NCBI GenBank assembly: GCA_022865705.1
Contig: JALHTG010000019.1
Location: 11,920-75,919, forward strand
Reading direction: 5' to 3'
Source: Candidatus Bathyarchaeota archaeon
Lineage (GTDB): Archaea > Thermoproteota > Bathyarchaeia > 40CM-2-53-6 > JALHTG01
DNA length: 64,000 bases
Shown here: in pieces, positions 17,738 to 27,018 of the stretch
Numbering within the stretch: position 1 is the stretch's first letter
How the letters are laid out: each line of letters begins with the position of its first letter
The notes under the pieces: model-generated
Told to the model about the DNA's origin: nothing
The model's database searches: none
The model's input: only the letters and a program-made list of their open reading frames with translations
Program-made: the position numbers and the translations under genes

Positions 17738-20056
17738 TCACACCTGTGACGCTACTATTGCCTGACCTAAGGAGAGTCCCCCGTCTCCGGGCGGCACTGA
17801 CTTGTGCTGAAGGAACGTTAGTCCCTGTTCCTCAACGCATTTCCGTATGGTTTCGACCATGCTCAAGTTAACCGCGACCCCTCCAGTCACACCAACTCGC
17901 CTGATGTTTCTACTCCTCGCGACCTCGGTAGCAATATAGGCTAAGGCCCTTGAGAGGCGGCCTTGGAACGTCGCACAAATGTCTGGGAGCGGTACTCTTC
18001 CAATCGCTAACAGCGTCTCAAGCAACAGCTTCGTGGTGTCAACAGTCAAGAGTTCACCGCGTTGGACTATCAAGTCAGATGAAGAACAGTGTGTTTCTGG
18101 TTGCCCATTCTGCGCCACGGCCTCAAGCATCATTGCGGGCTCTCCCTCGTAAGTTCTGTGAAGACAGATCCCTACTCCCGCAGCCATTGCGTCCAGCACC
18201 CTTCCGGTACTGGATGTCCAGCTCAAAGCCAGGTGGTTCTCGATCTGCGTGGTCAATCGCAATAGGTCTTGTTCATTCAGGGCTCCGATCCCTTGGTGTG
18301 AGAGAATCGTCGACCGGACTCGATTGTCGTCAAGGTGTTCCGCAAGCATCGCAGCACACATTCTCAATGGGAAGCGTGTGCAAACATCCCCTCCTGGCAT
18401 CGGTTGCTCGGCCAAGTGGCCTATGCGTTCGAAACCCTTGTACGACGTGACCAGGATCTCTCCACCCCAGATCTTGCCGTCCAGGCCAAACCCGATCCCA
18501 TCGGCGGCTATTGCAACGATGGATTGCTCCACCGGCACAGAGTTCTCAGCCATTAGGGACACTGCATGAGCGTGATGATGCTGCACTGCTACCGTTCTAC
18601 TCTTCCACGCGTGAGAGAGATCCTTTGCCAGCCTGGACGACAGATAGCCCGGATGTGCATCATGAGCAACAACAGCCCCCTGATGTGAAATGCCTACCAG
18701 TTGAATTAGGTGTTCAAGAGCGTCCTTAAGGAAGCCCATGGCTTCCAACCGGTCCACGTCCCCAATGTGCTGCGTAAGGTAACACTGGCTGCCATGAAGA
18801 ACGCTACCTACGGACCTTAACTCTGCCCCCAAGCCCACGACATCAGCCTGTGACACAAAAGGAACCTCCACGGGAACCGGGACGTACCCCCTGGACCTAC
18901 GAATCATCGTTGGAACCTGGCCGAGAACTCTTACAACCGAGTCGTCGCAACGTGCCGTGATCTCCCTATCATGAAGTACAAAGTAGTCAACGATATCTGA
19001 CAGTTGCCGAATGCCTTCATCGTTTGAAACTGCCATTGGCAGCCCAGAGATGTTGCCGCTTGTCATCACGAGTGCCGGATCCTTGGAGAAGTGAGCAAGC
19101 AGAAGATGTATGCCGGTGTATGGCAACATCACGCCCACTGTATTGAGATTAGGAGACACAAGCTCAGAGAGGCGGTACCCTTCAAGCTTCCTTAGTGCGA
19201 CTATCGGCCGTCGCCAGCCCTCCAGAAGACGTGCCTCTAGATCCGACACAAATGCGAACTTTCGAACTTCGGCCAAGTCACGTGACATCACCGCGAAAGG
19301 TTGGAAAGGTTTCGCCTTTCGCGTTCTGATTCGGCGTAAGGGATCGTCGCAAATTGCGGACGCCGACACATGGATCCCCCCAATGCCCTTTACTCCAAGG
19401 ATAGCTCCTTCGTTCAACAGTCGCGCTGCCTCTTCTAACGGGTTGTCTTCCTCAATCGGCTTGCCTGTCCTATCGTACAGCGTAACCCGCGGCCCGCATG
19501 ATGAACAACAAATCCCTTGGGCGTGAAATCGCCTGTCGTCAGGGTTTTGGTATTCTCTCAGGCAGGTTCGGCACATTGGGAACGAATTCATGTTGGTATG
19601 GTCCCTGTCATAGGGCGGTTCCATCACAGCAGAAAACCTTGGGCCGCATGAGGCACAACACGTGAAGGGATACAAGTACCATCTCGATGTTGCGTCAAGA
19701 ACCTCGCTTGCGCATCTATCGCAAATTGCTATGTCAGGCGGGATTATTGACCCTGAAAAAGATCGCTGCAGATCACTAGGGTATATTGCGAATTCGTGGA
19801 ATCGTCCTGAATACTTTTCAAATGCTACATGTAGGTCGGTGATCTGGCATATGGGTGGCGCTCTCGTCCTCAGCTCATGAACGAACGTTTCGACTGTGGG
19901 CCGATCGCCTTCTATGCAAAGTTCTACGCCGGCATCACCCAGATTCCGGACATACCCAACCACGCCATGTCGTGACGCTAGGTTGTGAAGGAATGGCCTG
20001 AAGCCGACCCCCTGGACGATCCCTCTGAACCGCAGTTTGGCCGCTATCTTCTCCAA
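17738..20056 (-). CDS. hypF: [NiFe]-hydrogenase maturation carbamoyltransferase
   Basis: Acylphosphatase GIVQGVGFRPF, two Zn fingers, RRFHAQGICCSSCGP, KGIGG, VQHHHAH and PPGDGGLSLGQ. Confidence 0.96.
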   Translation of the reverse strand: MEKIAAKLRFRGIVQGVGFRPFLHNLASRHGVVGYVRNLGDAGVELCIEGDRPTVETFVHELRTRAPPICQITDLHVAFEKYSGRFHEFAIYPSDLQRSFSGSIIPPDIAICDRCASEVLDATSRWYLYPFTCCASCGPRFSAVMEPPYDRDHTNMNSFPMCRTCLREYQNPDDRRFHAQGICCSSCGPRVTLYDRTGKPIEEDNPLEEAARLLNEGAILGVKGIGGIHVSASAICDDPLRRIRTRKAKPFQPFAVMSRDLAEVRKFAFVSDLEARLLEGWRRPIVALRKLEGYRLSELVSPNLNTVGVMLPYTGIHLLLAHFSKDPALVMTSGNISGLPMAVSNDEGIRQLSDIVDYFVLHDREITARCDDSVVRVLGQVPTMIRRSRGYVPVPVEVPFVSQADVVGLGAELRSVGSVLHGSQCYLTQHIGDVDRLEAMGFLKDALEHLIQLVGISHQGAVVAHDAHPGYLSSRLAKDLSHAWKSRTVAVQHHHAHAVSLMAENSVPVEQSIVAIAADGIGFGLDGKIWGGEILVTSYKGFERIGHLAEQPMPGGDVCTRFPLRMCAAMLAEHLDDNRVRSTILSHQGIGALNEQDLLRLTTQIENHLALSWTSSTGRVLDAMAAGVGICLHRTYEGEPAMMLEAVAQNGQPETHCSSSDLIVQRGELLTVDTTKLLLETLLAIGRVPLPDICATFQGRLSRALAYIATEVARSRNIRRVGVTGGVAVNLSMVETIRKCVEEQGLTFLQHKSVPPGDGGLSLGQAIVASQV

Positions 20057-20152
20057 CCTTGACCCCGGTCCTGACGCACTATGGAGGCTCTCGAGTCGTT
20101 CTCGAAAACGTAGATATACTTTCTGTTTCCAGGTGATTCTAGGTTAAGGCCG

Positions 20153-20740
20153 TTGTCGAAACCGCCAAAGACATCCGAGCCCGTTCTGGGCGAAGTTGGA
20201 ACTTGGACAGCGATGGGGATTGTGAAGCGTCTTGATGATCAGAAGCGTATGATAGATCGCATGTGCCGCGAGTTGGAAGAGTTGAGATCGATGAAGATTA
20301 GTGAGACAAGCAAGAACACACAATTCCAAGACTTCAAAGCGTTGACGGAGAACCTTGAAACCGCTCTAGCCGCAAACAAGCGACTTGCAGATAGCGTGAT
20401 CAAAATCAGGGAGATCCTTTCTGGTCTAGTACGTGAAAACGAGAAGCTGAGAGAAGAAGTTGACGTGATAAGGAGGGGTTCCGGTGCGTCAATTGCTCTC
20501 GAGCCTAGACAGATCCATGATTCTGGCCTCAGGATCCTTCAGGCACTTAGCACGGGCTCCAAATCGTCGACGGAAGTCTCGGTCGTCGTAAGACGAAGTC
20601 GCGAACACACCAGTAGGATGCTGAAGAAGATGGTCGACCAAGGGCTGCTTGAGGAGTCGCGGACATACCCTGCGAAGTATAGTTTGACTAACAGAACGAA
20701 GGATGTCCTACAATCTCAAACGACGCCTACTTCTGGATGA
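20153..20740 (+). CDS. Coiled-coil protein with a C-terminal winged-helix domain
   Basis: Heptad-rich N-terminal ~100 aa. C-terminal ILQALSTGSKSSTEVSVVVRRSREHTSRMLKKMVDQGLL...YPAKYSLT wHTH. Confidence 0.75.
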   Translation: MSKPPKTSEPVLGEVGTWTAMGIVKRLDDQKRMIDRMCRELEELRSMKISETSKNTQFQDFKALTENLETALAANKRLADSVIKIREILSGLVRENEKLREEVDVIRRGSGASIALEPRQIHDSGLRILQALSTGSKSSTEVSVVVRRSREHTSRMLKKMVDQGLLEESRTYPAKYSLTNRTKDVLQSQTTPTSG

Positions 20741-21140
20741 TGTTATTCCAGGAGAACGTGCCAGGCTGTTTCGTTGTATACAGCCATTGGGCAGGGGATC
20801 CCGACCGCAACACTATTCCCTTGTCTACGAATCGAGAGAGGTAGGTGCAGACTGTGCTTAGCGATATAGTCTCACCATGCCTCCGTTCATATGCCTGCTT
20901 TATGTCGGCGGACCGAAACGCCCTTCCCTGGTACCCGGTGAGAATGTCGCGAATTCGTTCAAACTTTCTTTCAGCTGTTGGCCCCGCACCTGTCTCCCCG
21001 GGACCACCAACGTTGCCCATGAGTTCCACATAGTCGAGGATCTTGGCGACCTTCTCCTTGGTAACATCCCCGTCGACAGTGATCGTATGCTTGGTCCCGA
21101 CTTGGTCGAAGAACTCTATCTTCACCTTGCGGGCCGGCAC
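20727..21140 (-). CDS. Origin-adjacent hypothetical protein with a C-terminal winged helix
   Basis: Small N-terminal beta domain, Gly-rich linker, then FRSADIKQAYERRHGETISLSTVCTYLSRFVDKGIVLRSG wHTH. AGGTGA SD. Confidence 0.78.
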   Translation of the reverse strand: MPARKVKIEFFDQVGTKHTITVDGDVTKEKVAKILDYVELMGNVGGPGETGAGPTAERKFERIRDILTGYQGRAFRSADIKQAYERRHGETISLSTVCTYLSRFVDKGIVLRSGSPAQWLYTTKQPGTFSWNNIIQK

Positions 21141-21387
21141 ATTCTCACCTGCTTATCGTTCTTCACGTTTCTCAGTTCACAAGTTAATACCTTTTTTGGT
21201 GAACCTACGGCGAAAGCTTTCACAAATGTCTCAATTCTCGGCTCAATGTTCGCCCGTAATCAAACCAAATCGATTGGAAAAGGAGAAACGTGACTCATTC
21301 ACTCGAAGTGAACTCCGCACTTGCCCTGTTAGCGTATGTTTACCATCGATTGATGTTCAGCGGGTTCACCCTTCGCAAAAGATAACT

Positions 21388-21620
21388 GATCCGTTTCCGT
21401 TGCAGACGAACCCCTGCGTTTCCATTGGAAGATCCCCCTCGGCAGCTTCAGTGACCACGCATCGAACAAAACGTGGTTCGTGTTGTAACAACTACAATCA
21501 ATTATACCGATAGTATTTAGTGGTCCGTTGCCTCCTATACCCAATGGACTATATTTCATTCCAATACTAACACATCCAAGCTATTCCCAGGACGAAGCCT
21601 CCAGTGGAAGGAGAGGGGTG
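21388..21620. promoter_or_regulatory. Putative replication origin (oriC) with inverted ORB elements
   Basis: Minus-strand ORB CTTCCAATGGAAACGCAGGGGTT (21409-21431) and plus-strand ORB CCTCCAGTGGAAGGAGAGGGGTG (21598-21620) flank a 166-bp spacer with AT-rich patches. A mini-ORB-like CTGCAACGGAAACGGA lies at 21390-21405 (-). Directly upstream of orc1/cdc6. Confidence 0.85.
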
Positions 21621-21757
21621 GCGGAGTGCGAGGGAAACTCACCGAAGTACTTCGGTAGCTGCCGTCCAGTACAGGGATCTGTTGTTGCAAGTCGGTTTTC
21701 GTGTACAAGAACTGTTAATATTTCTCATGGAGCGTGCGTCGTGTGGAGGCTTCTCAA

Positions 21758-23005
21758 GTGAGTTCCGGCGACATATTGGATGTGGTCTTTGACAGATTTC
21801 TTTCTGGCACCACTATCTTCGCAAATCGAGATGTCCTCCGGCACGATTATGTTCCTCAGGCTCTTCCTCACCGCGATGAACAGATCCACAAACTTGGAGC
21901 TATGGTGGCACCTGCGCTTACAGGATCGAAGATCTCAAACGTGTTTGTCTATGGGAAGACAGGCACAGGAAAAACTGCAGTAGCAAGATTTGTCCTGTCG
22001 CACCTTGAGCGAAGGGCTGGTGACACTGGTGCACCGGTGCGCGTTTCCTACATCAATTGTCGGTTGGCCGGAACGAACTACCGTGTTCTGGCGGAGCTAT
22101 GTCGTACGTGGTCCGTTAATGTTCCATTCACTGGCCTGGCATCCGGTGAGGTCTTGGACAGATTCCGAGACTCACTCATAGCGAGCAAGCGGTTCACAGT
22201 GGTAGTTCTTGATGAAGTCGACGCTTTGGTCAAACATCAAGGCGACGACACGCTCCTGTATGAACTAACTAGGATAAACGAGTCATTGAGAGGGGGCTGG
22301 GTTGGAATCGTCGGGATATCCAACGACCTCCACTTCAAGGAATACCTTGACCCGAGAGTCTTGAGCTCACTCAGCGAGGAGGAGTTGCTCTTTCGTCCGT
22401 ACCTTGCGGACGAATTGTATGACATACTACTGGCACGTGCAAAGTCAGCCTTCCTCCCGAACGCTCTACTCGAACCCGCCTTGAGACTGTGTGCCGCTCT
22501 GGCGGCAGGAGAGCATGGAGATGCGCGGAGAGCGTTGGATCTGCTCCGCGTCGCTGCCGAATTAGCAGAGAGAGAAACCGCGAAAGCGGTGACCGAGGAG
22601 CATGTCCGGCTAGCACAACAAAAGATCGATGACGACAGAGTTGCTGAGGCCCTCAAGTCGTTGCCATTGCATTCGAAGGTAGTTCTTCTGGCGACCCACC
22701 TCATCAGCAGTCGTACTCAAGAAGGGGCGATCACGGGCGACGTCTACGGTGTCTACAAGGAGTTGTGTGATGTGACAAAGGTGGAACCACTCACGCAAAG
22801 GAGGGTCAGCGGGTTAGTGAATGAGCTTGACGTAATGGGGATACTGAATGCCCGGGTTGTGAACCTTGGCCGCTACGGTAGAACAAAGAAGATACGACTG
22901 GGCATCCCACCCAAGGCACTATCAGATGCGTTCTCGCATGAAACCTTGGTTTCTTCGCTCATGTCATATACTCCGAAGAGCTTCCACAGACGGCGAATCG
23001 CCTAA
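21758..23005 (+). CDS. cdc6: Orc1/Cdc6 replication initiator
   Basis: YVPQALPHRDEQI, Walker A GKTGTGKT, VVLDEVD, GDARRALDLLR and C-terminal wH GRYGRTKKI. GTG 21758 follows GGAGG (ORF track starts at 21734). Confidence 0.96.
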   Translation: MSSGDILDVVFDRFLSGTTIFANRDVLRHDYVPQALPHRDEQIHKLGAMVAPALTGSKISNVFVYGKTGTGKTAVARFVLSHLERRAGDTGAPVRVSYINCRLAGTNYRVLAELCRTWSVNVPFTGLASGEVLDRFRDSLIASKRFTVVVLDEVDALVKHQGDDTLLYELTRINESLRGGWVGIVGISNDLHFKEYLDPRVLSSLSEEELLFRPYLADELYDILLARAKSAFLPNALLEPALRLCAALAAGEHGDARRALDLLRVAAELAERETAKAVTEEHVRLAQQKIDDDRVAEALKSLPLHSKVVLLATHLISSRTQEGAITGDVYGVYKELCDVTKVEPLTQRRVSGLVNELDVMGILNARVVNLGRYGRTKKIRLGIPPKALSDAFSHETLVSSLMSYTPKSFHRRRIA

Positions 23006-23557
23006 AGCACGTGCAACGATTCTAGCGATTCTAAGGGGCTCTGGCCTCTTCCCAAACTGGACCATTTTGCGCAACATACCCGCGGCCTTTAATGGAGGAA
23101 GGCCGACGCAGTAGAAGTAGGCTGTCTCCCGCCGACTAATTCGCAGAGTGTGTGGCGGACCCATGCGATGAAAGAGAGCGATCTTCTCTTTCCAATCTGC
23201 GAAATGCCTTCGAAGAGCCTTCTTCACGGAACCTAAATCCGGCCTTACTGGATTCACCACCAGAATTGGCAGGTTAGTTTCTTGGTGTAGCTTGTGGGCG
23301 TTGACAACATTGAATCCGCCTAGAGAAATCGATGGCAGAATGATCAGATCCAGCGAACCCGCTCGTCGAGCAAGTGAAGTGACTTTCCGTGTAGCATCCG
23401 TCCCATCGACATCAATACGATCTAGAACAAATCGCTGAATCGAGTTGTTGGTTGTTACAACACCAAGCAGAAGACAATATCTATCCGACTTTGAAAAAGG
23501 CCCGTCTTCAATGGCCAAGACCCTTCGGATGTTCCATTCACGGCTGTGTGAAGTCAA
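22964..23557 (-). CDS. DUF99 family (endonuclease V-like, putative endonuclease dU)
   Basis: RVLAIEDGPF, IDVDGTDAT, ISLGGFNVVN and PEPLRIARIVA. Confidence 0.85.
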   Translation of the reverse strand: MTSHSREWNIRRVLAIEDGPFSKSDRYCLLLGVVTTNNSIQRFVLDRIDVDGTDATRKVTSLARRAGSLDLIILPSISLGGFNVVNAHKLHQETNLPILVVNPVRPDLGSVKKALRRHFADWKEKIALFHRMGPPHTLRISRRETAYFYCVGLPPLKAAGMLRKMVQFGKRPEPLRIARIVARALGDSPSVEALRSI

Positions 23558-25055
23558 TGAGGCCTACCTGCAGCGTCTGAAGGGATAGCGTGGGCAAGAT
23601 ACCTGGGGTAGGGACTAGGCCCATCTTCCGCTGATACTCAGTCTGGCTCTGCCAAGCGCCAGAGTTCACTATGACGGTTCTTCGATACTCCTTGTGCTTC
23701 AGGACATGGATATGTCCGGAGTGAAAGACGTCAGGAACATCTTGGATGACTAGCCTATCCTCCTGCTCTGGAGCGATGGGGGTCCTCTTGCCATACTCTG
23801 GTGCCAGGTGTCGACATCTCAAAAGGTGTTCCATTGCCTTGTCAGGCGTTTGGAACGTCATTCCAGGCACTGTTGCCACTACGTCGTCGAGCGAGCGGCC
23901 ATGATACACGAGGAAGCTTACCCCGTGCAGTCGAAGCCGAACGGGGTTGTCTAGAGCATGGATACTTCTCGCCTCGTACACTGGTTCAGCGAATTCTTTT
24001 GCCACTGCGGGTTGGGGGATGGCCTGCCTTGTCGCGTCGTGATTGCCCGGAATGAGTATCACCTCGATGTAGTCCGGTATTTGCTCAACGTACTGAGCCG
24101 CAACCTTGTACTGAGCATAAACGTCGGGAATTTCCAACTCTCGGTCCTGGTCTGGGTAGATTCCTACGCCGTCTACCAGGTCACCGGCGATAACTAGGTA
24201 CTTGATTCTCCCAGCAACATCCCGTTGATTCGGTGTGCCGATCTTGCCGTTTAGCCAGAGGATCATTCTACCGAACGCTTCTCGCAGAAAGGTTTTGCTT
24301 CCAACATGGATGTCTGATAGCAAGGCAGCGAACACTGGCTCGTCTGCTCTGTGGGGTTCATGATCAGGAAGGTCTGGAAGATAGAGTTTCTCGCAAATGA
24401 GTAAATCCTTCTTTGCTCGAACCGCCTCGACGTAGACAACTTGGTCCAGAGGGGCACTTTGAGCCGTTTCAAATGCCTCCGGGTTGCTTCTTTGCACCAT
24501 CACGGTGGCACTGTTTTCCTCGTCGTCAACGCTTAAGAAGAGGTAGTCTTTTCGAGGCCTCTTATCCATTATCATGGCGATAAAGCGTACCTTCTCGTTG
24601 GGCGAGGCCTCTAGCGCTTGTCCGATTGTGCCCGCACCACGGACGTCCACTCTTTCATTCAAAATCTGTCGGATCTTCCTGAATCTTGTGCGAAAATAAC
24701 GTGCGAAATCTCCGATTTCGGCCTTTGATCTTTTTTCCAGCTCCTTGTCTAAGATTTCGATTCTAGCTTGCACTTCTTTTGCGTAAGGGATTATTGTCGA
24801 AACGACAGTCGACGGGACTGTTTCCGGGCCAATGGTTTTGTCAGGACTTATCCTGAGGGCAACCTTCTCCAGAAGGGGCCTGTCAATTACCGGAGGCCAA
24901 AGCTTGGCTTTCGACGCTTCGTTCAGAACCTCCGCCGCAAGTCTTGCCAGATCCACTTTGTCCTCGATGAGACGAAGCAGTTCTAGGCAGCTCTTATCCA
25001 ACTGATAACCTGCAGCCACGATGCATTTTATCGCGGCCACACTCTTCTGTGACAT
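23538..25055 (-). CDS. polB: DNA polymerase D small subunit (DP1, proofreading exonuclease)
   Basis: LSDIHVGSKTF, AGDLVDGVGIYPDQ, PGNHDA, YHGRSLDD, RHLAPEYG and HSGHIH. Confidence 0.97.
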   Translation of the reverse strand: MSQKSVAAIKCIVAAGYQLDKSCLELLRLIEDKVDLARLAAEVLNEASKAKLWPPVIDRPLLEKVALRISPDKTIGPETVPSTVVSTIIPYAKEVQARIEILDKELEKRSKAEIGDFARYFRTRFRKIRQILNERVDVRGAGTIGQALEASPNEKVRFIAMIMDKRPRKDYLFLSVDDEENSATVMVQRSNPEAFETAQSAPLDQVVYVEAVRAKKDLLICEKLYLPDLPDHEPHRADEPVFAALLSDIHVGSKTFLREAFGRMILWLNGKIGTPNQRDVAGRIKYLVIAGDLVDGVGIYPDQDRELEIPDVYAQYKVAAQYVEQIPDYIEVILIPGNHDATRQAIPQPAVAKEFAEPVYEARSIHALDNPVRLRLHGVSFLVYHGRSLDDVVATVPGMTFQTPDKAMEHLLRCRHLAPEYGKRTPIAPEQEDRLVIQDVPDVFHSGHIHVLKHKEYRRTVIVNSGAWQSQTEYQRKMGLVPTPGILPTLSLQTLQVGLIDFTQP

Positions 25056-25268
25056 TTATTTCTTCTCTGTAATGGTTTTGTGAACATGACAGGCGTTCAT
25101 TGACCCAGGCACTCTCATTTGTTGTGCTCTTTCTTGAATCTTTCATCCTAAGGGAACGTTCAGTCTGGAGGGGGTTTTTATTGTACAATTCATAACAGTA
25201 CTTTGGATCTGATCCGGAACCTCCTGCTAGATGGATCGCGTTAACCATACATTGATGAAGTGACATGA

Positions 25269-25931
25269 ATGAAGAAATCTGAACTTGCCCGAATAATCGA
25301 TCATACGAATCTAAAACCTGACGCCAAGGACGACGACATAACTCACCTTTGTGAGGAAGCGATAAAGTATGGATTCAAGGCCGCAGTTGTGAATCCAGTG
25401 AACGTCCGGTTTGCCGCGAGGCTTCTTCACGATTCAGGAGTCGCGGTATGCTCCGTTGTTGGCTTTCCTCTAGGAGCCACGACGCGTCATGCGAAGGTAT
25501 TCGAGGCTGAAGAGGCAATACGTAATGGGGCCTCTGAAATTGATATGGTAGCCAGCATCGGGGCGCTGAAGTCTGGGCGTCTTGATGACGTTAAGTTGGA
25601 CATCGAGTCCGTCGCCGCCGCGGTGAAAGGAAAGGGCAAACTTCTCAAGGTGATAATTGAGGCACCCCTGATTACAGACGATCAGAAGGCAAAGGTGTGC
25701 AGCTTGGCGAAGGACATCGGTGTTGACTTTGTGAAGTCTTGCACAGGGTTCGCTGGGAGCGCCAAGATTGAAGACATTCGCCTCATGCGTACGGTTGTGG
25801 GGGAGGCCGTAGGCGTGAAGGCAGCAGGTGGTATACGATCGTATTCTGACGCCGTTAGAATGATTGAGGCTGGCGCCTCAAGAATCGGAACCTCTTCCGG
25901 ACCAAAGATCATCGAAGAAGCTTCAGAGTGA
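25269..25931 (+). CDS. deoC: Deoxyribose-phosphate aldolase
   Basis: IDHTNLKP, VVGFPLG, EIDMV, FVKSCTGF, VKAAGGIR and RIGTSS. Confidence 0.96.
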   Translation: MKKSELARIIDHTNLKPDAKDDDITHLCEEAIKYGFKAAVVNPVNVRFAARLLHDSGVAVCSVVGFPLGATTRHAKVFEAEEAIRNGASEIDMVASIGALKSGRLDDVKLDIESVAAAVKGKGKLLKVIIEAPLITDDQKAKVCSLAKDIGVDFVKSCTGFAGSAKIEDIRLMRTVVGEAVGVKAAGGIRSYSDAVRMIEAGASRIGTSSGPKIIEEASE

Positions 25932-25960
25932 GGCGAGTCTGTCATCGTACTCGCTGGATA

Positions 25961-26773
25961 TCACGAGATGTGGATGAACCGCTTGTAGACCCAATAGATG
26001 CTGAGCGTAGCCGTTGCGAGTACACCTAGTATGAATAGGACAAGAGCGACGAAGTCTACAGCTCCACCTGGATACAGGAAAGACAATGGAAGTAGGATGT
26101 CCGTGAGAGCGTGCACGGCGATGAAGGGCAGGATGCATCGTATTCTCAAGTAGGCCACACCGAACAGCAAACCAGTTCCAATCACATCCAAATGCTGCCA
26201 AATTCCAGTTGAACCCAGCGCGGGAAGGTACCAGAGATGCAGGGAGCTCCACATCACCGCACTAGCGACAACAGCAAGTAGTCGGCCCTTTTTCAGAAGC
26301 CGTGTGAGGATATATCCCCTAAAGGCCAGCTCCTCTCCAAAACCGGCATAGACGATTGACGTGAAGATCATGTACCAGTATGCCTCTCTTGAAAGGTCCT
26401 GAAACGCTGTCTGCACAGCCCCAGGGTCATAGCGCATACCCTCTGGCAGTCTTGGTGTCAGATATTCGCCGGCCCAGAATAGCGAGGTACTCACAACAAA
26501 CGACAGGAAGTACAGGACCAATGTGAATGCGATGACTCTCAGCCAAGACGTTCTTGAGAACCCAGTAGATGACCAGAAGCCGACATTCTCAACAGTCTTG
26601 ACATAGAAAAGAATAGTTATGATCGGTAACATGAAGACCAGAAGCTGAAGCGCAGCATATGAGAAGAATGTTGTGACAACCCAGCCTGCAGTTTGGTTGA
26701 GAACCACTGACACAAATGAAACGAGATATACCATCGGTGGGCCAGTCCACCCCCACTTCTTCGGCGTGCGCAT
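25961..26773 (-). CDS. CPBP/CAAX-family intramembrane glutamic endopeptidase
   Basis: GFGEELAFRGY, WSSLH and AVHALTD motifs; multiple TM helices. Confidence 0.88.
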   Translation of the reverse strand: MRTPKKWGWTGPPMVYLVSFVSVVLNQTAGWVVTTFFSYAALQLLVFMLPIITILFYVKTVENVGFWSSTGFSRTSWLRVIAFTLVLYFLSFVVSTSLFWAGEYLTPRLPEGMRYDPGAVQTAFQDLSREAYWYMIFTSIVYAGFGEELAFRGYILTRLLKKGRLLAVVASAVMWSSLHLWYLPALGSTGIWQHLDVIGTGLLFGVAYLRIRCILPFIAVHALTDILLPLSFLYPGGAVDFVALVLFILGVLATATLSIYWVYKRFIHIS

Positions 26774-27018
26774 TGACGTTTCAGATTGCGTTTCGACGGC
26801 CTCCTAGGCACCTATTCTTCAATCAGTCTCTGCCCATACTCCCTGCGAGTTCCAATACTGGGAGGTCATGTGGATACCTTGATTCACGCTGACACATTAT
26901 TGATGACTCGCCAGCCTAGAGCGTTCCATCATTCTCAGGGGATTAGAATGCGGTTTGAATCAGCCCAAGACTCGTCTGGATGTCTTGCTGGTTCGTTCGC
27001 GGTGTGCAAAAGAGGATG

